Shown: positions 11,051 to 20,829 of the stretch, in pieces | Position numbering within the stretch: the stretch's first letter is position 1 | How the letters are laid out: each line of letters starts with the position of its first letter | From: Burkholderiales bacterium | Lineage (GTDB): Bacteria > Pseudomonadota > Gammaproteobacteria > Burkholderiales > SG8-39 | Length of the DNA: 64,000 nt | Assembly (NCBI GenBank): GCA_014860445.1 | Contig: JACZJT010000017.1 | Coordinates: 16,596 to 80,595, forward strand | Direction: 5' to 3' | The notes under the pieces: generated by a model | What the model saw: the letters and a program-made list of their open reading frames with translations, nothing else | Database searches by the model: none | What the model was told of the DNA's origin: nothing | Program-made: the position numbers and the translations under genes

Positions 11051-11217
11051 GTTTCGTCCTCGATTGGCTCATAAAACGATTCAGCGAATGATCCTTCCAG
11101 TATCCTCCGTCTCGCGGGATCGTCAGTGCGGCGTCGTACATAGTGCGCAGATTTGGGAGAAGCAGTATGCGGGCATGCAGTCAAACATGGGAACTCGCGC
11201 CAGAGCCTCACTGGCTG

Positions 11218-11442
11218 TCAATCCGCGGCGAACAGTATTTGCGACTGATCCTCCGCCTCAAGCGCGAGGCCGCATCCGCGCGCAACGCAGGTAGAGGATT
11301 TTCGGCGACGCGGACAGGGCAGCCCCGTTTCCTCCATCAGCAAGCGATCGATATCGCGCAATAGCGCTCCACCGCCCGTAAGCACCATACCCTTTTCGGC
11401 GATGTCCGCAGCCGGTTCGAAGGCGACAACGACCTGCTCGGC
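11218..11442 (-). pseudogene. mreB: truncated, frameshifted C-terminal fragment of rod-shape protein MreB
   Basis: The reverse-strand translation after a TAA stop reads [50 protein letters not shown] is then only readable in the +1 frame, and [24 protein letters not shown] back in the original frame. Compare the E. coli MreB C-terminus [49 protein letters not shown]. No MreB-like sequence appears upstream in any frame. Confidence 0.65.
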
Positions 11443-11568
11443 TTAGCCTCGCACCAATCACGCCGAGTATAATCAGCGTGAAAATACCCGCCGTAGTCGC
11501 GACTCAGCGGCGGCATGGACCGCCCTGCGCAGTCCCGCATCAACATCGCTACCCTAAGGGAGTTAATC

Positions 11569-12453
11569 ATGGCAAGACCGATCAGCATCCAGTTCACCCG
11601 ATTCTCTGCGTTCTACTCGCCGCTCATCGCCACCATTGCCGGCGGCTTCCTGCAGGAGGAAGGTCTGGACCCGACGCATTCGGTCGCGCCGGTCGGCAAA
11701 TCCGCGATCGCAGGCTTGCTCGACGGCAGTGTGCAAGTCGCGCAATCCGCGCCTTCGCAGGGATTCACGCCGCTGGAGAAAGGCCAGCAGCCGCCTGCGG
11801 TGCATTTCGCGCAGGTCAACGAAAAGGACGGTTTTTTCATCACCGCGCGCAAGGCCGATCCCGGTTTTACCTGGGACAAGCTCAAATCGGGCAAGGTGCT
11901 GGTCGATCACGGTGTCCAGCCCATGGTCATGTTCAAGTACGCGTGTTTCAAGAAGGGCGTGGACTGGAAATCCCTGTCCATCGTCGACGCCGGCATGGAC
12001 AAGATGGACCAGGCGTTTCGCGACGGCACCGGAGACTACATCCATCAGCAAGGCCCGGCGCCGCAGCAGTTGGAGCACGACGGAGTCGGGCATGTCGTCG
12101 CCTCGCTGGGCGACGCAATCGGCCCGCTCGCGTTTTCCAGCCTGGCGGCGACACGCGAATGGCTCGCGACGGATGATGCAAAACGCTTTACGCGCGCTTA
12201 CCGCAAGGCGCGCGCCTGGCTGATCGCCACACCTGCGGCAAAAGTCGCCGAGGTCGAAACGTCCTTTTTTCCCAATATCGATCGCGCGGTGCTTACGCAG
12301 ACCATCGCGACCTACCAGAAGCTGGGCAACTGGACGCCGCACGTGGAAATCACCCGGCCCGCCTTCGAGGTGACGCTGGACGCGTTCGAATATTCCGGCT
12401 TGATTACCAAACGCCACAAGTACGAAGACGTGATCGCCCAACCGCCCGCCTGA
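11569..12453 (+). CDS. NMT1/THI5-like (NitT/TauT-type) substrate-binding-fold protein, no obvious signal peptide
   Basis: ORF 11515..12453 trimmed to MARPISIQFTRFSAFYSPLIATIAGGFLQEEGLD, which has an aagggag RBS upstream. The overall pattern is that of periplasmic-binding-protein type 2 / NMT1 proteins. The assignment is by eye only. Confidence 0.7.
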   Translation: MARPISIQFTRFSAFYSPLIATIAGGFLQEEGLDPTHSVAPVGKSAIAGLLDGSVQVAQSAPSQGFTPLEKGQQPPAVHFAQVNEKDGFFITARKADPGFTWDKLKSGKVLVDHGVQPMVMFKYACFKKGVDWKSLSIVDAGMDKMDQAFRDGTGDYIHQQGPAPQQLEHDGVGHVVASLGDAIGPLAFSSLAATREWLATDDAKRFTRAYRKARAWLIATPAAKVAEVETSFFPNIDRAVLTQTIATYQKLGNWTPHVEITRPAFEVTLDAFEYSGLITKRHKYEDVIAQPPA

Positions 12454-12500
12454 CCCCCGTGGCAATAAACGCAGCGCTTCCTGCACCGGCGCGAGCCGGT

Positions 12501-13412
12501 TCAGGGCACGTCGACGATATCGCCCTCGGGACCTTCGTGGTGCGGATGGGGCTCGTGTGCCGGCTGCAGCGGTGCCTGCCCCACCGGCACGGTGCGGGAA
12601 AGAAATTCAATTACCGCATTGCCGAAGACGTCATTGCGGTCGCCCGCCACCATGTGCGCAGCACCGGTGACGTTGACGTATTCGGCGTGCGGACACAATT
12701 GCAGAAATTCCTGCGCGCCTTCTTCGCTGAGCACATCCGACAGGCCGCCGCGCACCAGCAGCGTCGGTAAGGCCAGATTTTTCGCGCAAGCTACCAGTCG
12801 TGCGTGGCGTTTTTCCAGATCGCGTTTCGCCGGACGAAAGCGCGGGTCCCAATGCCAGCGGTACTTGCCATCCGCCGCCAGGCGCACATTCTTCGCAAGG
12901 CCGTCGAGGTTTCTGGGGCGCTTGCGATGCGGCTGGTAATTGCCGATGGCCTCGGCCACCTCTTCCAGGGAACTGAATCCCTCCGGCTTCTGGCTCATGA
13001 ATGCCTGAATCTTGTCGACCCCCTGGATCTCGATGCGCGGCGCAATATCGACCATCACAAACGCGGTCGCATCGACGTGATCCTCACCGATCGCCACCAG
13101 GCTGGTTCCGCCCCCCATCGACGCCCCCACGAGTACGGGACGCCGCCCGCCCAGCGCGGCAACCACGCACTTCAGATCCTCGACCATCACGTCCTGGCCG
13201 TAAAGCCCGTCGGGGGCCCAATCCGAATCGCCATGGCCGCGCGCATCGAAGGCGACGGCATGGTAGCCAGCGGCACCCAAGGTTTCGCCCGCGCCTTTCC
13301 AGGCATGGCGGGTTTGTCCGCCGCCGTGCTGCAGCAGCACCAGCGGTCCGTTTGGATTACCCCAGGAATCGCCGGCGATACGGACGCCGCCCACGCCCAC
13401 CCAGAAGTGCAT
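12501..13412 (-). CDS. alpha/beta-fold hydrolase
   Basis: ORF 12501..13643(-) trimmed to MHFWVGVGGVRIAGDSWGNPNGPLVLLQHGGGQTRHAW. It has an HGGG oxyanion region, the nucleophile elbow GASMGG, and a C-terminal GAAHMVAGD catalytic His region. Confidence 0.8.
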   Translation of the reverse strand: MHFWVGVGGVRIAGDSWGNPNGPLVLLQHGGGQTRHAWKGAGETLGAAGYHAVAFDARGHGDSDWAPDGLYGQDVMVEDLKCVVAALGGRRPVLVGASMGGGTSLVAIGEDHVDATAFVMVDIAPRIEIQGVDKIQAFMSQKPEGFSSLEEVAEAIGNYQPHRKRPRNLDGLAKNVRLAADGKYRWHWDPRFRPAKRDLEKRHARLVACAKNLALPTLLVRGGLSDVLSEEGAQEFLQLCPHAEYVNVTGAAHMVAGDRNDVFGNAVIEFLSRTVPVGQAPLQPAHEPHPHHEGPEGDIVDVP

Positions 13413-13452
13413 AGGCTCGGGCGTCCCCGGCAGTCTCGCGCCGGCACTCACC

Positions 13453-13686
13453 CTAGTTCGCGCCGAATGCGCAAGCGCCGGGGCCGCCCGGATTGCCGCA
13501 GGACTGGCAGGCTTCGGGCATTTGCGCCTGTGACGAAGCGGAAGCCGAGATCGTGGCGAACGCCGACAATTTCTTGCGCAACTCGGCGCCACCGCATTGC
13601 GGGCACTTGGTCGCAGGCGATGAACTGCGCACCAGGATTTCAAACTCCTTTGCGCAGCTGGCGCACTGATACTCGAATATGGGCAT
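13453..13686 (-). CDS. FmdB-family zinc-ribbon protein (CxxC_CxxC_SSSS type)
   Basis: MPIFEYQCASCAKEFEILV...KCPQCGG is the family-defining N-terminus. A second Cys pair (CQSCG) lies in the tail. Confidence 0.8.
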   Translation of the reverse strand: MPIFEYQCASCAKEFEILVRSSSPATKCPQCGGAELRKKLSAFATISASASSQAQMPEACQSCGNPGGPGACAFGAN

Positions 13687-13769
13687 GACTTCTCTCCGAT
13701 GAACTGATATGTTTTCCGAATGCTGTGTTCGGCGAGGCGCTATTGGCCAACCGCCAGTCGCCGCGAAAA

Positions 13770-13949
13770 CTATTTACCGCGGGAATCGCGCACGACTTTC
13801 CTCAATGCGAGAACGCGCTTGAAGCAGTCCGGGCAAACATAGCGGATGCCGCTGCCCAGCTGGTTGCGCGACAGCGGACGCATGGTCGCAGCCTCGATCA
13901 GGCGCCGACACTCCGGACATACCTTGATCTTTGACGGGTCCTTACCCAT
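13770..13949 (-). CDS. possible 59-aa zinc-ribbon mini-protein
   Basis: Below the ORF-track size cutoff. The reverse-strand ATG at 13947-13949 gives MGKDPSKIKVCPECRRLIEAATMRPLSRNQLGSGIRYVCPDCFKRVLALRKVVRDSRGK*, with two CPxC pairs. Only sequence-pattern support. Confidence 0.4.
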   Translation of the reverse strand: MGKDPSKIKVCPECRRLIEAATMRPLSRNQLGSGIRYVCPDCFKRVLALRKVVRDSRGK

Positions 13950-14151
13950 CAGTTCTGTCCGGCCGCGCCTGGCACTATTCCCATAATGCGTATCTTATCC
14001 CTTTCCTGCCGCGCCCGTACTCCCGGCAGGACACATAAATGCAAACGATTCCTGCTAAAACACGCGGCTATTTTCGCTATGCGAGCGATAGCGGTACTAT
14101 AGGGATATCCGCGTTAATTCAGCGCAATCCGGATGCATATGGAGGAATCCC

Positions 14152-15417
14152 ATGCCCACAGATACCCTGGCCAGACTGCAGCTACCCAAGCGGGTTTTCG
14201 CCGTCGTGCTCGCTGGCGGCCGCGGTACGCGCCTGAAACAACTGACCGACCACAGAGCCAAACCCGCGGTGTATTTTGGCGGCAAATTTCGCGTCATCGA
14301 TTTCGCGCTCTCCAACTGCCTAAATTCCGGCATCCGGCAAATCGGCGTCGCGACCCAGTACCAGTCCCACAGCCTGTTGCGCCACCTGCAGCGCGGCTGG
14401 TCGTTTCTGAAAACGGAAATGAACGAATTCATCGACCTTCTGCCGGCGCAACAGCGCATCGATGAGACCAGCTGGTACCGCGGCACCGCAGACGCGGTCT
14501 ATCAGAACCTGCACATCATCCGCCGCAAAAGGCCGCAATTCATCGTCGTGCTTGCGGGCGACCACGTCTACAAGATGGACTATTCGCTGCTGCTGACCGA
14601 TCACGTCGAGCGCGGCGCCCAATGCACGGTCGCGTGCATTGAAGTCCCAGTGGCGGATGCAACCGGCTTCGGCGTGCTCGCCACCGACCGGTCGCGCCGC
14701 ATCACCGACTTTGTCGAAAAACCAGCCAACCCACCCGAGATGCACGATAAACCTGGCCGCGCTCTCGCCAGCATGGGCGTCTACGTGTTCAACGCGCAGT
14801 ATCTGTATGACATGCTGGAGCAGGACATCTCGGACCCCGGTTCCAGGCATGATTTCGGAGGGGATATCGTTCCTCGCGCCGTGCGCAACGGCGAGGCGGT
14901 GGCGCACCCGTTTAGCCAAAGCGGAATCGTCAGTGTTGAGGGCCAGGAACCCTACTGGCGCGATGTTGGTACGATCGATGCGTACTGGGAAGCCAATATC
15001 GACCTGACCGCCGTCGAACCCCTGCTCAATATGTATGACAGCGGCTGGCCCATCCTGACCTATCAGGAGCAGCTGGCCCCGGCCAAATTCATCTTCAATG
15101 TGGAAGGCCGCCGCGGCATGGCGCTCAATTCCCTGGTATCCGGCGGCTGCATCATCTCCGGCGCCGCGATCGAAAACTCACTGTTGTTTTCAAAATGTCG
15201 CGTCAACTCCTATTGCAAACTGGAAGGAGCCGTGCTTTTGCCGGAAGTCACCGTCGGCCGGCACTCGCGCCTGACGCGCGTGGTGATCGATCATGGCTGT
15301 CATATTCCCGAGGGAACCGTGATCGGCGAGGACCCGGCCGAAGACGCCAGGCGATTCGAGCGCACGGAAAAGGGCATCACCTTGGTTACCCGGGACATGA
15401 TCACAGCGCTCGCCTGA
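14152..15417 (+). CDS. glgC: glucose-1-phosphate adenylyltransferase
   Basis: 421 aa. [45 protein letters not shown] and the C-terminal left-handed beta-helix region are typical of GlgC. Confidence 0.93.
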   Translation: MPTDTLARLQLPKRVFAVVLAGGRGTRLKQLTDHRAKPAVYFGGKFRVIDFALSNCLNSGIRQIGVATQYQSHSLLRHLQRGWSFLKTEMNEFIDLLPAQQRIDETSWYRGTADAVYQNLHIIRRKRPQFIVVLAGDHVYKMDYSLLLTDHVERGAQCTVACIEVPVADATGFGVLATDRSRRITDFVEKPANPPEMHDKPGRALASMGVYVFNAQYLYDMLEQDISDPGSRHDFGGDIVPRAVRNGEAVAHPFSQSGIVSVEGQEPYWRDVGTIDAYWEANIDLTAVEPLLNMYDSGWPILTYQEQLAPAKFIFNVEGRRGMALNSLVSGGCIISGAAIENSLLFSKCRVNSYCKLEGAVLLPEVTVGRHSRLTRVVIDHGCHIPEGTVIGEDPAEDARRFERTEKGITLVTRDMITALA

Positions 15418-15525
15418 GCGCAAGTCCCATCCCGCAATCGCGCTCACCGCACCCAGGCTACGCTATGATAGTCGCAGTATCCGCAGTCTGTTGTGCCTTG
15501 ACTACGGCACTCAAGGAGCGCACCC

Positions 15526-16314
15526 ATGCCGCATGAACTGATCGAGACCGTCACCGACCGCGTCGCAACGCTGACGCTCAACCGCCCCGAGCGCCTCAAT
15601 GCACTATCGACGCCGATGCTCGACGGACTGCTCGAGGCCTTGCCCCGGCTTGCCGCTGACCCGGATGTCGCAGTGGTGGTATTGACGGGTGCCGGGCGCG
15701 GCTTCTGCGCCGGCGGCGATGTCAAGAGCATGGCCGACGGCACGAGCCAACTCGGCGCGCAGGACGCAGTAAAGCGCCTGCGCGGCAGAATGGAAGTCTC
15801 GCGCCTGTTGCACGAGATTCCGAAGCCGACCATTGCCATGGTGAACGGGCCTGCCGCGGGGGCCGGATTCGCGATGGCGCTCGCCTGCGACCTGCGCATC
15901 GCATCGGAGTCGGCGCGCTTCATCACCGCCTTCGCCAAAGTGGGGTTCTCCGGCGACTTCGGAGGCAGCTACTTTTTGTCCAAGCTGATCGGCACGGGCA
16001 AGGCGCGCGAACTTTACTACACCGGCGAACCCCTGGACGCCGCGCAGGCGCTGGCGCTCGGCCTGGTCAACGACGTGGTGCCCGAGTTCGAACTCCTCGA
16101 AGCGACCACCGCGCTCGCACAGCGCCTGGCCCGCGGACCCGGCCTCGCGCTGGGCATGATGAAACAGAATTTCAACGCGGCAGAATCCGGCAGCTTGTCC
16201 GAACTTTTCGATCTCGAAGCTTTGAACCAGATCGCCGCCGCCAAAACCGAGGATCATCAGGAGGCGACGCGCGCCTTTGTCGAGAAACGCCCACCGGTTT
16301 TCAAAGGGCGCTAA
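15526..16314 (+). CDS. enoyl-CoA hydratase/isomerase family protein
   Basis: 262 aa. VVVLTGAGRGFCAGGDVK, the oxyanion-hole region and the ...EDHQEATRAFVEKRPPVFKGR tail are present. Confidence 0.9.
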   Translation: MPHELIETVTDRVATLTLNRPERLNALSTPMLDGLLEALPRLAADPDVAVVVLTGAGRGFCAGGDVKSMADGTSQLGAQDAVKRLRGRMEVSRLLHEIPKPTIAMVNGPAAGAGFAMALACDLRIASESARFITAFAKVGFSGDFGGSYFLSKLIGTGKARELYYTGEPLDAAQALALGLVNDVVPEFELLEATTALAQRLARGPGLALGMMKQNFNAAESGSLSELFDLEALNQIAAAKTEDHQEATRAFVEKRPPVFKGR

Positions 16315-16323
16315 CCGGAGCGT

Positions 16324-17592
16324 CTAGACTTTGCTCGGGCTCTGCGACACGATGCGCCGCGCCTCGAGCGCGGCGATTTCCGCCGCGTCATAGCCCGCCT
16401 CGCGCAGAATTTCCCCGGTGTGCTGCCCGAGCAACGGCGCCTGCAATCGCACCGTGGCCGGGCTCGCTGCAAAGCGGATGGGCGGATCGATATAGCGGAT
16501 GGCGCCCTCGCTCGGATGCTCGGCGCGCCGAATCAAGCCTACTGCCTTGATCTGGGGGTGATCCGGCAATTCATCGAGCGCATAGATCGGCGTCGCGGGA
16601 ATGTCGCGCGAAGTACAAATCTCCATCAACTCCGCGGTCGTGCGCTGGCACGTCAGTTGCACCATGTCTTGGTACATCTCGACCAATCTGGCGTTACGCG
16701 TGGGTCGGTCCGCACCCCCGTATTTTTGCGCCAGATCGGCGCGGCCCATGCCATTGAAGAACCCGCTCAGCTGAGCGCCTGTATAAGGCAGGATCGCAAT
16801 ATAGCCGTCCTTGGTCGGAGCCGGCCTGCGCCCGCCGGCGAGCAGTCGCGCGTAACCGGCTTTGCCCGGCACATTATGGGATGTGAGTCCGCCGAAGGTG
16901 AGTCCGCCCATATGTTCGGACAATAGAAACGCGACCATGGTTTCGAACATCGGCACCTCGACATACTGGCCGCGGCCGCTGCGCTCGCGAAAAAACAGCG
17001 CCGCGAGCACCGCATTGACCAGCGCCATGCCGGTCGTCTTGTCCGCAATCAGCGTCGGAACATAGTCCGGCTGATCGCGTCCCAGGCTGTTCACGCTGGC
17101 AAGCCCGCAGGCCGCCTGAATGATGTCGTCGAAAGCCGGCTTGTCCCGGTCAGGTCCGTCCTGGCCGAATCCGGTCGCGGCGCAATAGACGATATCCGGT
17201 TTGAGTTCGGCGACCGCGCCATAGCCGAATCCCAGCTTTTCGATCGCCGCAACGCGCATATTGTGCACCAGCGCATCCGCACCGCTTATCAGTCGCCTCA
17301 ATACCTCCTTGCCTTCCGGAGATTTCAGATCGACGGCGATCGAGCGCTTGTTGCGATTGATCGCCAGAAAAATGGAACTCATGCCCTGGTGCAGCGATGC
17401 GCCGCTGTCACGGGCGAGGTCGCCCTCCAGATTTTCGACCTTGATGATCTCGGCGCCATAGTCGCCGAGTATCTGCGTCGCGAGCGGGCCCAGCACCACC
17501 GAGGTCAGGTCCAGAATGCGTACGCCGGCGAGCGGCCCGCGTGCGGCCTTGGATGACCCCAATTCCACCGAACCCTGCTCCTTGCCGTTCAA
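16324..17592 (-). CDS. family III CoA-transferase (CaiB/BaiF type)
   Basis: PLAGVRILDLTSVVLGPLATQILGDYGAEIIKVE is the N-terminal signature. It overlaps the upstream ACAD gene by 4 nt. Confidence 0.9.
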   Translation of the reverse strand: MNGKEQGSVELGSSKAARGPLAGVRILDLTSVVLGPLATQILGDYGAEIIKVENLEGDLARDSGASLHQGMSSIFLAINRNKRSIAVDLKSPEGKEVLRRLISGADALVHNMRVAAIEKLGFGYGAVAELKPDIVYCAATGFGQDGPDRDKPAFDDIIQAACGLASVNSLGRDQPDYVPTLIADKTTGMALVNAVLAALFFRERSGRGQYVEVPMFETMVAFLLSEHMGGLTFGGLTSHNVPGKAGYARLLAGGRRPAPTKDGYIAILPYTGAQLSGFFNGMGRADLAQKYGGADRPTRNARLVEMYQDMVQLTCQRTTAELMEICTSRDIPATPIYALDELPDHPQIKAVGLIRRAEHPSEGAIRYIDPPIRFAASPATVRLQAPLLGQHTGEILREAGYDAAEIAALEARRIVSQSPSKV

Positions 17593-18641
17593 AGTCCGCT
17601 CAGCATGGGCCAGAGCGCATCTGCGCCGTGCGCAGCGACGAGTCGGCCAAGGCGGCGCTGCCAGTGCGGCTCGTTGCCGAATTCGTCGCGCCAGGACCAG
17701 AGCCGGCGCGTCACGTAATGCAAATTGTGTTCGCGCGTGTAGCCCATCGCGCCATGCACCTGGTGTGCGATTTCGGCACCCTTGCCCGCCGCCTCGCCCG
17801 CTCGCGACTTGGCCACGGCGACGGCAAACTCGTCGGGCGCAAGAGCGGACGCCTCGACCGCAGCGTCTGCGGCGGCGCTGGCCGCCGCCACCTGGCCGGC
17901 CAGTTGCGCAAGCATGTGCTGAATGGCCTGGAATTTCGCGATCGGGCGACCGAATTGCACACGTTCGTTCGCGTACAGCAGCGAATACTCCAGCGCCCGC
18001 TCCAGCGCGCCGGCCATCTGCACACTGCGGCAGAGTGCACCCCCAGCCTGCAAGCGAGCCAGTCCGCCCGGCAAGGCAGCAAACGTGGTCAGCTGTGCGT
18101 GATCAAAACCGAGCAGCGCGCGCGGTTCGCCCGCCAGATTCTGCTCCACGCCGCGCACGGAGCCGGAGGTGGAGACCATGCCCACGATGTCCTTCCCGTC
18201 GAGTTCGCCGACCACCACGACCTGCGCGCACAGATTGCCCCAGGGCACGCGATGTGCGACGCCCACTACACTCGTCCTGGTACTGCCGTGCACGAACTCA
18301 AGCCGGTCGCTGGTATTGACAGGCGCCACGCTCAGCGCACCCTGCGGAACCGCCAAGCCGGCAGCGGCCAGCAAGCTGCCCGCGAGCATGGTCTCGGCCA
18401 GCGGTACGGGCGTCGCATGATAGGCGCTGCGCCGCAGGGCCAGCATCGCATCCTCGAACGCGAGCCCCGATCCGCCCGCCTCCTCCGGCAAAGCTGCACG
18501 GTCCAGGCCGACCGCTTCCAGCGCGCGCCACAAACCGGCGGGCCACTCGCCCGCTTCTGCGGACTCGCGTAACGGTCGCGCGCAATGCTCGTCGATGATC
18601 CGGTCTACGGTATTCAGCAGATCGTTGCGGTTTTCGCTCAT
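17589..18641 (-). CDS. acyl-CoA dehydrogenase family protein (short, about 350 aa)
   Basis: ACAD C-terminal helical domain (RVQFGRPIAKFQAIQHMLAQL...HGAMGYTREHNLHYVTRRLW). It overlaps the stop of the upstream ACAD by 4 nt. Confidence 0.85.
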   Translation of the reverse strand: MSENRNDLLNTVDRIIDEHCARPLRESAEAGEWPAGLWRALEAVGLDRAALPEEAGGSGLAFEDAMLALRRSAYHATPVPLAETMLAGSLLAAAGLAVPQGALSVAPVNTSDRLEFVHGSTRTSVVGVAHRVPWGNLCAQVVVVGELDGKDIVGMVSTSGSVRGVEQNLAGEPRALLGFDHAQLTTFAALPGGLARLQAGGALCRSVQMAGALERALEYSLLYANERVQFGRPIAKFQAIQHMLAQLAGQVAAASAAADAAVEASALAPDEFAVAVAKSRAGEAAGKGAEIAHQVHGAMGYTREHNLHYVTRRLWSWRDEFGNEPHWQRRLGRLVAAHGADALWPMLSGL

Positions 18642-19786
18642 CGCAATCCCAGTCCGCGCGCAATCATGCCGCGCAGGATTTCGCGCGTGCCACCGCGTAT
18701 GGTGAATCCCGGTGCGCGCAGGATGCTCATGCCCAGCAGTTCCGCGTAGCTGGTGCCTGCGCCCAAAGACGGCTCGGTCGGAATCAGCTGGCGGAAGGTT
18801 TCCGGAATTTCGCGCTCGAACGCCGTGCCGACGTCTTTCACCAGCGCCGCCTCGACCGTCGGCTGCTCGCCGCGCTCGAGCATGCCCGCGACCGAAATCG
18901 ACATGCGCCTCAGGGTCGCCAGATGCGCGACAAAGCGGCCGATCTCGTTGGCCGAGCGCGCGTCGGGATCGGTCCCGATGGCGCGGATGGATTCGAGCAG
19001 CAACTGGTAGGTGCTCAGAAATCGATCCGGGCCGGAGCGCTCGAACGCGAGTTCGCTCGTGACCAGCGTCCAGCCCATGCCGGGTTCGCCCATGACCATG
19101 TCATCGGCGACGAAAAACTCGTCGAACACGACTTCGTTGAAGTCGTGGCCGCCATAAAGGTTATAGATCGGCCGCACGCTGACGCCGGGGTGCGAAAGAT
19201 CGACGATGAACTGGGTCAACCCCGCATGGCGGTCGTCCTCTTTCGGCGCGGTGCGCGCAAGGGCGATCAGATAGTTCGTCATATGCGCGCCGCTGGTCCA
19301 GACCTTGGTTCCGCTGATTTTCCAGCCGCCCTCCGTTTTGGAGGCGCGTGTACGCACCGCAGCGAGGTCGGATCCTGAATCCGGCTCGCTCATGCCTATG
19401 CTGAAATAGCAGACCCCTGCGGCGATCCTGGGCAGGATGGTGCTTCTTGCGCGCTCGCTGCCATAACGCAGGATCTGCTGTCCGCTTTGCCGGTCTGCGA
19501 TCCAGTGCGCACCGACCGGCGCGCCGCCGGCAAGCATCTCTTCCGTGACGACATAGCGCTCCAGCGCAGAGCGCTCGTGGCCACCGTACTGTTTCGGCCA
19601 GCGCATGCCGATATAGCCCTGCTCGCCGCATTTGCGGCTGAAATCCGGGTCGAACGAAGACCAGGAATTCCGGCTCGGCGTGAATGCGCCGCGGGCTACT
19701 TCGCCTGCGATGAACGCGCGCACCTCGCTGCGCAACGCCTCTGCCGCCGCCGGCATTGCAACCGGATCGAACCTGAATTCGTGCAT
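18638..19786 (-). CDS. acyl-CoA dehydrogenase family protein
   Basis: ORF 18638..19810(-) trimmed to MHEFRFDPVAMP. It has the middle beta-domain motif GMSEPDSGSDLA and the C-terminal ...TIRGGTREILRGMIARGLGL. Confidence 0.85.
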   Translation of the reverse strand: MHEFRFDPVAMPAAAEALRSEVRAFIAGEVARGAFTPSRNSWSSFDPDFSRKCGEQGYIGMRWPKQYGGHERSALERYVVTEEMLAGGAPVGAHWIADRQSGQQILRYGSERARSTILPRIAAGVCYFSIGMSEPDSGSDLAAVRTRASKTEGGWKISGTKVWTSGAHMTNYLIALARTAPKEDDRHAGLTQFIVDLSHPGVSVRPIYNLYGGHDFNEVVFDEFFVADDMVMGEPGMGWTLVTSELAFERSGPDRFLSTYQLLLESIRAIGTDPDARSANEIGRFVAHLATLRRMSISVAGMLERGEQPTVEAALVKDVGTAFEREIPETFRQLIPTEPSLGAGTSYAELLGMSILRAPGFTIRGGTREILRGMIARGLGLR

Positions 19787-19984
19787 GTCTACTCCCACAT
19801 GGGCGCGCAATTGCGCGCTTTGTCCCGGCGCTAGCCTGACGCGGCCAATATATCCGAGACAACGCGGGCGCGCAAAAGGTAAAATTCGATCGCGCAGTGC
19901 AGTACCTCTGCGGCAACCGAACTGTCACGGCATGGTTTGCGCGAACCTGCCATTCCCCCGGAACACCAGAAAGGACATCGAGCC

Positions 19985-20788
19985 ATGAGCCACAGTCATC
20001 CGGTGCTATACGAGCAGGACGGTGGCGTCGTTGTCCTGACCTTGAACGAGCCCACGACGCGCAATGCGATATCGCCGGCCATCGTGAAGGCGCTGGTCGA
20101 ATGCACCGAACGCATCAATTCCGACCTGAGCGTCGGCTGTGTGATCCTGACCGGCGCAGGCAAGGGGTTTTCCTCCGGCGGCAACGTCAAGCACATGAAA
20201 GGCCGCTCCGGCCTGTTCGGCGGAAGCCCGGCGGATATCCGCCGCAGCTATCAGCAGGGCATCCAGCGCATTCCATTGGCGATGTACGGCCTGGAAGCGC
20301 CCTCGATTGCGGCGGTCAACGGTGCCGCGGTCGGCGCCGGCTGCGACCTCGCCTCCATGTGCGACATTCGCATTGCGGGACGCAGCGCCAGTTTTGCCGA
20401 GAGCTTTCTGCGTGTCGGCCTGGTTTCCGGCGATGGCGGCGCCTGGTTTTTGCCGCGCGCCGTGGGCATGTCCAAAGCCTGCGAGATGACCTTTACCGGT
20501 GATTTTGTCGAGGCCGATGAAGCGCTGCGCATCGGCCTGGTATCGAAGGTGGTGGATGACGAGAAGTTGATGGACGAAGCGCTCACGCTGGCACGTCGCA
20601 TCGCCGCCCAGCCGGTGCATTCGCTGCGCCTGACCAAGCGCCTGCTGCGCGATTCGCAGCAGGCCAGTCTCGCGACCGCGCTCGAAATGGCGTCCGCGAT
20701 GCAGGCGCTCGCGCAGCATACCGAAGACCAGCATGAAGCGGTGCTGGCATTTTCCGAAAAACGACCGCCGAAATTCAAGGGGCGCTGA
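19985..20788 (+). CDS. enoyl-CoA hydratase/isomerase family protein
   Basis: ORF 19937..20788 trimmed to MSHSHPVLYEQDGGVVVLTLNEP. VILTGAGKGFSSGGNVK and the tail EDQHEAVLAFSEKRPPKFKGR mark it as a paralog of 15526-16314. Confidence 0.88.
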   Translation: MSHSHPVLYEQDGGVVVLTLNEPTTRNAISPAIVKALVECTERINSDLSVGCVILTGAGKGFSSGGNVKHMKGRSGLFGGSPADIRRSYQQGIQRIPLAMYGLEAPSIAAVNGAAVGAGCDLASMCDIRIAGRSASFAESFLRVGLVSGDGGAWFLPRAVGMSKACEMTFTGDFVEADEALRIGLVSKVVDDEKLMDEALTLARRIAAQPVHSLRLTKRLLRDSQQASLATALEMASAMQALAQHTEDQHEAVLAFSEKRPPKFKGR

Positions 20789-20829
20789 TCGCGCAGGGCG
20801 AGCGAGCATCCGGTGCGATGCGGCGGGGG

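Noticed and set aside
10475-11514. Intact genomic island or prophage at the ssrA integration hotspot
   Set aside because: No integrase, excisionase, phage or transposase gene is present. I found only att-like fragments, one orphan ORF and a gene fragment, so I report it as scars or remnant only.
11443-11568. TPP riboswitch upstream of the NMT1/THI5-like gene
   Set aside because: I could not find the conserved CUGAGA / ACCUGAUCUGGAUAAUGCCAGCG-type TPP aptamer elements. The region holds only a TATAAT box and an RBS.
14152-15417. Isolated glgC as a sign of an unusual glycogen locus
   Set aside because: glgC without adjacent glgA/glgB occurs in many genomes, and nothing in the flanks suggests a novel function.
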